A stretch of 32,000 nt of DNA from Candidatus Cloacimonadales bacterium (GTDB taxonomy: Bacteria > Cloacimonadota > Cloacimonadia > Cloacimonadales > WRIO01): assembly GCA_963678255.2 (NCBI GenBank), contig CAXXTW010000002.1, forward strand, positions 1,119,605 to 1,151,604, in the 5' to 3' direction. The position numbers were made by a program, and so were the translations under genes. The notes under the pieces are model-generated. The model worked only from the letters and a program-made list of their open reading frames with translations, had not been told where the DNA came from and ran no database searches. Below, one piece after another: positions 25,754-32,000 of this stretch; position 1 is the stretch's first letter, and the number at the start of each line of letters is the position of its first letter.

Positions 25754-28700
25754 ATGGATATGGACTTAGTTTCAACAATTTACAATAGTTATATTCTTCC
25801 AATTATTATAAATGTTATAACCAATAAATTTTCAAACAATCTGCCTTCTACTGATAAATCATTACTTGAAAATGAAATAAGTGAGATTTATCATTCAACA
25901 ATCAGGATCTTTAACGAAAAATATAAAAATGAAAAGCATTGTGATTTTTTAGAAAAACAAGTAGTGCTTGAAGAATTGTTTAAATTTAGATATTTAGAAG
26001 GCTATATTATCGACAAGGATAAGCTACATGATACTCTTAATAATTATCAAGAGTATTTAACATTGAATGAAGAGCAAATAGAATTTTTCTTCAACTCTTT
26101 AGACATTGCATTTAAAAATAATCCTAAATTAAAAAACCTGTACATTAATGCAAATTTTCGTGAAGAGATTTTTTATATCTCAAAGGCAGTTGACAATATT
26201 CAAAACAATGTGATTAAGATCCTTCAGAAAATGGATGATAATTTCCAAGAAGGCCTCAAAGATCCGATTATTATGTTAATTAAAGATTTAAAAGTACAAA
26301 CCGCTTTAAATCTAATTCAAAATTTTGAAGATAAATATAACTCAAATCCATCAAATTTTAGTAATGATTTAGTAGGAGAAATCTTTTTACTAAAAGGGTA
26401 TTGTCAGAAGATACAATTCAATTTTTTAGAATCATATAAATCGTTCATTAATGCATATAATTATAATAAAGAAAATATAAAAATTATTAGAGAAGCTTGC
26501 TTTAGCTATTTTAAGTTAAATAATATTAAACACGAAGAGCTTATGGATATCCTTTATAATAAAAATCAATATGATCCAATCTATTGGGCAATCAAAATTA
26601 TTAAATCAAAATATGATTTTAGATTATTAAGCAAAGAATCATTTTTTTATATAATAAAAGATAAAGAATTCATAAGCTGTTGCTATTCAGAATGTTTATT
26701 TAATCAAAATTCTGATCTTGTTGAATTTGGTACAAAATTTGAAATTTATAACCATGAAGAAATCACTAAAACTGATATTAATGGAAATACTATTAATTAC
26801 TATATTTTTATTATGGATTGTTATTTATCAAAGTTGATTAAAGAGTCAAGAGAACAGAATATTGCAATATACGATATTGAGCACTCTTATCTTTATTCAC
26901 TTTTAGATAATCTAAATAGTTGCTTATTAAAAAGTGAATTAATGAACTTAGATAACTCAAAAATGATTTTCTTTTTGTTTTGGTTATTTAAATATTTTAA
27001 AGAAAATAACGAAGATAATATGCAAGTTTTATTGAATCATTTTAATGAATTAAACAATGTTGATGAACTAACAGCCGTTTTAATGACTAAAGCAATTATG
27101 AAAAGTGGCAGATTCTTAGATGGTGTAGCTTTGATAAATAAAAATGGACATTTTAATAATGAATATTTGATTTATTCTAAAAATCTATTTCACTTTCTCT
27201 CTGATAATAATCCAACAATTATATATAATTATTTTAATGAAATAACCGAAATTAATGATAACAATATACAATTTGTGCTTGATTTTGCACTTATATCTCT
27301 TCGAAAAGATATATCTATAAAAGACAATGTATTAGAAATAATTACTAAAAAGAAAATGGCAGAACTAAACAAGAAACAGCTTATCTTATTTATAAATTCA
27401 TTTTCTGAGAATGAACCTTTAAGTTTGGATAATTTAAATTCTTTAACTTCGATGTTCAATAAAGATAACCTTTATTATTACTTTGCAAATATTCTATTTA
27501 ACCATAAGATGTACTATGAATGTGTAGATTTTCTAGTAAAGAATGGATTTGAATATACTAACACTCAAGAATTTGATTTGATTATCAAATCTTTAATACA
27601 TGAGAATCAGAGATCTCGTTTATTATTAGATTATTTAATTTATTGGAGATTAAATTATGAGGGAAATGAGTATTATTTATTGAAAGAAATTGTGTTATTA
27701 TCTGTCATAGATCGTTGGGATGATGTATACGATCTCTCTAAAAATTTTATAAATAATAATAGTAATAGTCCTTATTATGATCCTATAAAATATAACTATA
27801 TTATGAGTATTGTTAACTTATCAAAAATTGAAGAAATTAAACACAATGCGAATGCAATAATAGATTTTAACTACTCAGATGAAAATCAAATTAAATATAT
27901 TGTACAACATTTATTTTTAAAAGGATTAACGAAACTCTCATTAGACTTATTATTTAAGAATGCGAATAACAAGAATAACAAAAATTGTAGAGCATATTTT
28001 TTTGCTAAACATATTGATTATATCTCTCTCTACAAAGAGTATGATATGGTAGAATTTGGTAGCAATGTTGTTTATCAAGCCAATGATAGTAAATATCAAA
28101 TGAAGATTAATAATTCTAATGATAAAATTCAAAGAGAGTTTATAGGTAAAAAGAAGGGAGATTTTGTAAAAATGAAGCTTTTATCTCAAAAAGAGTATTC
28201 TGTTGAGATAATTGCAATTTGTGACGATTATATAGCTTTATTTTATGAATTGTTAAATGAGTCTCTTGATCCTGCAAATAGCCTTGGAGTTGAGGTTATA
28301 ATATTTGATGAAAAAAATCCTGAAGAATTTAAAAATACAATATTAACAATGAGTAAAGAAAAGAGATTAAATGAAGATAATAATGAGTCTTCAATTGACC
28401 TATCAATAGATTTGTATAAAAACAAAAAAATATCTCTTTGGGAGTTAAGTTGTTTACATTTCAACGGATCTTATTTTCAAAGTCTATATTTTTTAAATAA
28501 TTATAATACTTGCATCCAGAATGAAGACATTCAAAATTTTTTTAACACACAAATATATAATAATTATTTCTTGGATTTGCCATCGTCATTTCAGCTGTAC
28601 AATATTTGTATAGAATTTAACATTAAAGTAGAAAAGTTTTTTATTTCTCATTCTGTTTTAAATTTGATTAAAAAAGAATTATACCAACTCAACGACAAAC

Positions 28701-29080
28701 TAAATGTAGAAAGTACAATTTATTCTGACGGAACAGATCTAGCATTAATACAAAATCAAAAAGATTTAGTAAAAGAATCAAGAAAAAAAATATTACAATT
28801 TGAGAGATGGCTAAAAGATAACACATTTGTTCAAACTCCTCAGGAAAAGCTTGAAATACCTCCCCAAAAGTTTAAGAAATTTAGTTTATTACATGAATAT
28901 GCAATAGATTATGTAATATTATCAAGAATTCCTAATACAGTTATCGTTACAGATGACTTTAGTTTTGGTTTTTATAAAAATCATTGTAAAAACACTATGT
29001 CATTTTTACAATACATATCTACAATAGAAATTGATAATCTCAATGACGTGGTTTCATTCATAAATGGGGGAGGGAAATAG
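25754..29080 (+). CDS. Large orphan protein (1108 aa), predicted alpha-helical/TPR-like repeats, possible C-terminal PIN-like nuclease domain
   Basis: AGGAG RBS overlaps the repressor-tail stop (TAGGAG at 25741-25746). Very AT-rich with an N/K/I/Y-biased composition. I found no Walker A motif. The C-terminal ~190 aa carry FLDLPS ... KKELYQ ... TVIVTDD, spaced like the acidic residues of a PIN fold. Confidence 0.8.
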   Translation: MDMDLVSTIYNSYILPIIINVITNKFSNNLPSTDKSLLENEISEIYHSTIRIFNEKYKNEKHCDFLEKQVVLEELFKFRYLEGYIIDKDKLHDTLNNYQEYLTLNEEQIEFFFNSLDIAFKNNPKLKNLYINANFREEIFYISKAVDNIQNNVIKILQKMDDNFQEGLKDPIIMLIKDLKVQTALNLIQNFEDKYNSNPSNFSNDLVGEIFLLKGYCQKIQFNFLESYKSFINAYNYNKENIKIIREACFSYFKLNNIKHEELMDILYNKNQYDPIYWAIKIIKSKYDFRLLSKESFFYIIKDKEFISCCYSECLFNQNSDLVEFGTKFEIYNHEEITKTDINGNTINYYIFIMDCYLSKLIKESREQNIAIYDIEHSYLYSLLDNLNSCLLKSELMNLDNSKMIFFLFWLFKYFKENNEDNMQVLLNHFNELNNVDELTAVLMTKAIMKSGRFLDGVALINKNGHFNNEYLIYSKNLFHFLSDNNPTIIYNYFNEITEINDNNIQFVLDFALISLRKDISIKDNVLEIITKKKMAELNKKQLILFINSFSENEPLSLDNLNSLTSMFNKDNLYYYFANILFNHKMYYECVDFLVKNGFEYTNTQEFDLIIKSLIHENQRSRLLLDYLIYWRLNYEGNEYYLLKEIVLLSVIDRWDDVYDLSKNFINNNSNSPYYDPIKYNYIMSIVNLSKIEEIKHNANAIIDFNYSDENQIKYIVQHLFLKGLTKLSLDLLFKNANNKNNKNCRAYFFAKHIDYISLYKEYDMVEFGSNVVYQANDSKYQMKINNSNDKIQREFIGKKKGDFVKMKLLSQKEYSVEIIAICDDYIALFYELLNESLDPANSLGVEVIIFDEKNPEEFKNTILTMSKEKRLNEDNNESSIDLSIDLYKNKKISLWELSCLHFNGSYFQSLYFLNNYNTCIQNEDIQNFFNTQIYNNYFLDLPSSFQLYNICIEFNIKVEKFFISHSVLNLIKKELYQLNDKLNVESTIYSDGTDLALIQNQKDLVKESRKKILQFERWLKDNTFVQTPQEKLEIPPQKFKKFSLLHEYAIDYVILSRIPNTVIVTDDFSFGFYKNHCKNTMSFLQYISTIEIDNLNDVVSFINGGGK

Positions 29081-29395
29081 AATCGTTTTTTCGCTTTTTC
29101 AAGCGTTTTTGCGAAAAAACGGCAGAGAAATATATGAGAGCTTATTAATGATTAATCAGAACTTTATTATTTTTAAAGAGTTACAGAATAATTGTCTGAA
29201 AAATCGACCGCAAAAACGATCTAAAATTGCAAAAAGAGTGTCACTTTTTCCAGTAAAAAGCCTTAAATAAGTGGCAAAGCTTGCAAAGTGAAAAATCGAC
29301 CTAACTTTATATAAATTATAAAGATAAAAATTCGTTTTTACGATTTTTCGCTTGCAGTTTGGGGTGTCACATTACAAATGGTATCAAAAATGCAT

Positions 29396-29425
29396 TTGCA
29401 ATGATCAGGATTCTAAATTTAAATA
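29396..29425 (+). promoter_or_regulatory. Putative promoter of the leader RNA, copy 2
   Basis: TTGCAA (29396-29401), 18-nt spacer, TAAATA (29420-29425). It is the only obvious promoter upstream of the module 2 cargo. Confidence 0.35.
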
Positions 29426-29431
29426 GAAAAA

Positions 29432-29684
29432 AACCATTGTTTGTAAAATGGTATCACATCACTCGTTGCGTAAACTTCCAGTTAGTACATTCCTGCAAGC
29501 TGGAAGCTCGCTGAACGAGTTTCTTTCTCACCATAGGGGCTGGATGAGAAAGAGACAAGAATTTCGAGTCCGAGCCGAACTCGCTCCAAAAGGGGTTAAC
29601 ACCTCGAATTTAAAATTTATAATATCATTAGCATTTTAAATTCATTACACCTCAAAAATCGGAAAAGATTTGAGGCAATTTTTT
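29432..29684 (+). ncRNA. Candidate structured RNA or cis-leader, copy 2 (5' end approximate)
   Basis: Same stems as copy 1, but three that are imperfect in copy 1 pair better here: ACCATT/AATGGT, CTTCCAG/CTGGAAG, and the 8-bp stem gains an extra A-T pair. Terminator CCTCAAA/TTTGAGG plus T6 at 29650-29684. Confidence 0.55.
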
Positions 29685-29809
29685 CTTTATTAGTAAGGAT
29701 TTATTGGTGTAGGTGTCAAGAAGACATCGATATGAAGTAAAATGGTTTACTTTTCTCGGCTATGAGCGGAAGGGTGGTTAAAGTGAAGCTTATCTATTTT
29801 GGACAGTCT

Positions 29810-30148
29810 CCGGAAATATATTGAAATCCCCAAAGCTTTTTTGCTTGACAAATACGATCATTATTTTGTATTTATGGTAAATGGAAGATCAATGGAGCCT
29901 CAGATCTCTCATGGTGACATCGTGGTTATTCAAAAAAAGATGACTGGTATAATCTTGGAGATAAAATTGTAGCAGTTCGAACTTCCGATGGCATCACTTT
30001 AAAGAAGATACAGTTTGAAGATAAGAGACGACAAATAATCTTGTCTCCACTCAATACAGAATATCGAATTATAGTCCTTTCAGAAGAAGAGCTCGATAGC
30101 GTCAATCTGATCGGTGAGATGGTAATGCAGTTTAGGATGTATAGGTGA
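29810..30148 (+). pseudogene. 5'-truncated, frameshifted remnant of an S24 (LexA/CI-like) peptidase gene
   Basis: Homologous to 25407-25743: IPKAFLLDKYDHYFVFMVNGRSMEPQISHGDIVVI... then, after a 1-nt deficit in the A7 run at 29932-29938, DDWYNLGDKIVAVRTSDGITLKKIQF...GEMVMQFRMYR*. The HTH domain and promoter are missing. Confidence 0.7.
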
Positions 30149-30855
30149 ATTATATGTGTATTGAATCAAAAACTGACGAAATTAGTTTAAGTAAAATTTA
30201 TACAGGGAAATGTAATCCAAAAAATCCAACTTGTATGGTAAAGGATGTATATGGTAAAGATTTGAAAGTACTTTTTATACTTGAATCTCCAGAAATAAAT
30301 GAAGTTATTAATGGTTGCCCTGCTTTTGGATCTGCAGGGAAAAATATATCTTCTAAGCTCACAGATTTTAAAGGAGATACAGAAAAAAAAGGTTTAGGAG
30401 AACTTATCAAAAACAAAGATCATCGAGCCAATAATTATGGAATTATTAATGTTTGCCAGCGCCCTTTACAATGTAGAGAATTATTAGAATACTTAAGGAA
30501 TAATATTAGTAGTAAACAAAATCTTAATAATAAACTAAATGGAGAGTTTAGTAAAAAAGATATTAAAAAAGATGAAGCGAAGATAATTCTTAAGGAAATC
30601 TACGATGATTTTTTAAGAAGGCTTCAGCATATTATACATTTCTCAAGTAATAATTTATTGATAATTCCATGTGGAAAATTTGCTGAATCATTTTACTTTC
30701 ATTTTTTAGAAAATTTTTCTAATAATAATAATTATAAAAAAATAGTTCAAGAAGATTGGATGAAAGGTTTTCCTCATCCATCAATGGGTCATTGGGGTAA
30801 AAACCCAAATAAAATAACTCAAATGAATAATTCAATATCTAAACATTTAAAATAG
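30145..30855 (+). CDS. Divergent uracil-DNA-glycosylase-superfamily (family-4-like fold) protein
   Basis: Motif order matches UDG family 4: FILESPEINEVINGCPAFGSAGKNISSKL (compare GEAPGxxEdxxGxPFvGxAGxxL), GIINVCQRP (compare NivKCRPP), LIIPCGKFAESF (compare ivxLGxxAa) and GFPHPS (compare HPS/HPA). GTG 30145 overlaps the S24-remnant stop (GTGA). An alternative start is ATG 30154 with AGGTGA 5 nt upstream. Confidence 0.55.
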   Translation: MNYMCIESKTDEISLSKIYTGKCNPKNPTCMVKDVYGKDLKVLFILESPEINEVINGCPAFGSAGKNISSKLTDFKGDTEKKGLGELIKNKDHRANNYGIINVCQRPLQCRELLEYLRNNISSKQNLNNKLNGEFSKKDIKKDEAKIILKEIYDDFLRRLQHIIHFSSNNLLIIPCGKFAESFYFHFLENFSNNNNYKKIVQEDWMKGFPHPSMGHWGKNPNKITQMNNSISKHLK

Positions 30856-30863
30856 TTTAACAA

Positions 30864-31772
30864 ATGTCAATTTTTGAAGATTTTAATCCAACCAATGAAA
30901 CCTACTGGCGAGCTGTAATTCTTTTTGAGAAAAATACTGCTTCGTATAAATTTGCATTAGCAAAGGCATTACTTGATTTTGCTAAAATTGAACAAACAAA
31001 TGTCTCTCTCAATGATTTGGCAATGTCCTATTTAGGGTACATATGTGAACATTTAAGATTATCAGACAGACAAGCAACAAATAGCTCAAGTACTTTGATA
31101 GATGCTTGTCGCCAATTTAATAATAATCAGATTACACATAATAATCTTATTGAGATTACTAAGCAAAATGGTTTTAGATATGTTTTTGATGCTTTTCATA
31201 ATGTTAATCAAGGAGAGTTACCTATCTCCTTTTTCAAAGTTGATAAAGGGAAAAGTATTTCACTCACAGATGATTTTCTGTCTTTAAAGGACAATAATCA
31301 ATTTTCTAATCTTCTTTTTGAAGTTGAATCCAGATGGAGATTGGTTGAGACAGCTTGGGATTTAAATATATCATACAATCTATTACAAGTTGAATATGAT
31401 AATGATGACAATATCTTAAAAATTATTGATAAAGATAAAAATAGAAGAGTAAGCATTACCTCAAGCAAAGATGCACTTAATGGGTATCAAAAAGGAAAGT
31501 GCTTTTATTGTTTTTCAGATATAGATATTGATTCAAATTCTAATAATCTTTCCGATGTTGATCATTTTTTCCCTTTTACTTTAGGACATACTAAAACTCA
31601 AAGCAATTTAGATGGTATTTGGAATTTAGTTTTTGCTTGTAAGAATTGTAATAGAGGGGATGGTGGTAAATTTGCACAACTACCTGATATAAAATATTTA
31701 GAAAGACTTCATAAAAGAAACAATTTTCTTATTGAGAGTCATCACCCTCTTAGAGAAACTCTTCTCCAATGA
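30864..31772 (+). CDS. HNH (beta-beta-alpha-Me) endonuclease with an uncharacterised N-terminal domain
   Basis: The C-terminal region CFYCFSDIDID...SDVDHFFPFTLGH...NLVFACKNCNRGDGGKF gives CxxC...DH...N...CxxCN. The N-terminal ~200 aa (YWRAVILFEKNTASYKFALAKALLDF...) are not recognised. Confidence 0.75.
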   Translation: MSIFEDFNPTNETYWRAVILFEKNTASYKFALAKALLDFAKIEQTNVSLNDLAMSYLGYICEHLRLSDRQATNSSSTLIDACRQFNNNQITHNNLIEITKQNGFRYVFDAFHNVNQGELPISFFKVDKGKSISLTDDFLSLKDNNQFSNLLFEVESRWRLVETAWDLNISYNLLQVEYDNDDNILKIIDKDKNRRVSITSSKDALNGYQKGKCFYCFSDIDIDSNSNNLSDVDHFFPFTLGHTKTQSNLDGIWNLVFACKNCNRGDGGKFAQLPDIKYLERLHKRNNFLIESHHPLRETLLQ

Positions 31773-31990
31773 CAAGGTCATCAAATGACAAAAGAGTTAT
31801 GTTTCTACAGAGACATTATAACTATGCTAAAGAAAGACTCATTTCTACATGGAAACCAAAATATGAATTATTAGAAATTATAAAAACTGAGGATGTTCGT
31901 GAAGACAAGAAAGGTGATTACTGGTTGAACATCTTTCTTAGAATATCCCCAGATCTAACGAACTGGGTTATACACATATCGCATCGCTGA
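31769..31990 (+). CDS. Small hypothetical protein (73 aa), start overlaps the HNH stop (ATGA)
   Basis: ATG 31769 overlaps TGA 31770-31772. No recognisable motif. It could be a coupled partner or a frameshifted C-terminal extension of the HNH gene. Confidence 0.4.
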   Translation: MTRSSNDKRVMFLQRHYNYAKERLISTWKPKYELLEIIKTEDVREDKKGDYWLNIFLRISPDLTNWVIHISHR

Positions 31991-32000
31991 TGCTGGGAGG

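Larger units (their letters stand above)
29352..29810 (+). repeat. Leader repeat, copy 2
   Basis: Aligns with 24463-24919. It ends at GGACAGTCTC (29801-29810), where it is fused directly to the S24 C-terminal coding remnant. Confidence 0.9.
24309..32000 (+). other. tRNA-His-adjacent accessory island of two tandem modules (module 1 about 24309-29080; module 2 about 29081 to beyond the window end)
   Basis: Starts right after the tRNA-His terminator. It has duplicated leader and S24 segments, orphan or nuclease-type cargo, and a visibly lower G+C content in the cargo genes. All genes are on the + strand. No integrase lies within the window. Confidence 0.6.

Noticed and set aside
25754-29080. 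STAND/AAA+ NTPase (Avs-like) identity for the 1108-aa protein
   Set aside because: Reading the translation, I found no GxxxxGK[ST] Walker A or convincing Walker B motif. The single Rx6H (CRAYFFAKH) does not resemble a HEPN motif context. The protein is left as an orphan.
29064-29270. 68-aa ORF overlapping the end of the 1108-aa gene
   Set aside because: It has no RBS, overlaps the large gene's stop and runs through T/A-rich hairpin-forming intergenic sequence (CGTTTTTTCGC ... GCGAAAAAACG). It is probably not coding.
24270-32000. Calling the island an integrative mobile element or prophage
   Set aside because: I found no integrase, recombinase or transposase, no phage structural genes, and no duplicated tRNA-His 3' segment (for example GGGTTCGACCCCCATCAGCCACCCCA) in the window. 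Only the tRNA-adjacent position and the repressor type hint at mobility, so it is listed as an accessory island, not as a mobile_element.

Overview
AT-rich bacterial window, read by eye from the sequence and ORF track, with no searches run. It has three parts. (1) 1-11.2 kb: a divergent pair of large secreted proteins with T9SS/FlgD-Ig-type C-terminal sorting domains (one is a C10 cysteine protease fused to beta-helix repeats), then an orphan ABC solute-binding lipoprotein and thrS. (2) 11.2-24.3 kb: KDO/sugar-modification genes, then a tightly coupled eight-gene operon starting with GGPP synthase, a DGGGP-synthase-like UbiA prenyltransferase and a GGGP synthase (PcrB family). This is an archaeal-type ether-lipid core in a bacterial context. 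After it come a convergent anaerobe oxidative-stress operon (desulfoferrodoxin, rubrerythrin and a 46-aa rubredoxin missing from the ORF track), an Eis-like GNAT gene and four tRNAs (fMet, Met/Ile2-CAT, Arg-TCT, His-GTG). (3) 24.3-32 kb: an accessory island directly downstream of tRNA-His, made of two tandem modules. Each module opens with the same ~460-bp noncoding leader: a 12-mer motif, a putative promoter, a G+C-rich multi-stem RNA-like core and an intrinsic terminator. Each leader is followed by a CI/LexA-like S24 repressor gene (frameshifted in module 1, truncated and frameshifted in module 2) and then unrelated cargo. Module 1 cargo is a 1108-aa orphan helical-repeat protein with a possible PIN-like C-terminus. 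Module 2 cargo is a divergent UDG-superfamily glycosylase-like gene, an HNH nuclease and a small coupled ORF. The leader core is much better conserved between modules than the adjacent coding sequence. I consider this leader plus swappable-cargo arrangement the best candidate for an undescribed (probably defence-related) system. No integrase, CRISPR array or rRNA is visible. The gene content suggests an anaerobic FCB-superphylum-like organism (for example Cloacimonadota-like), but that is inference only.
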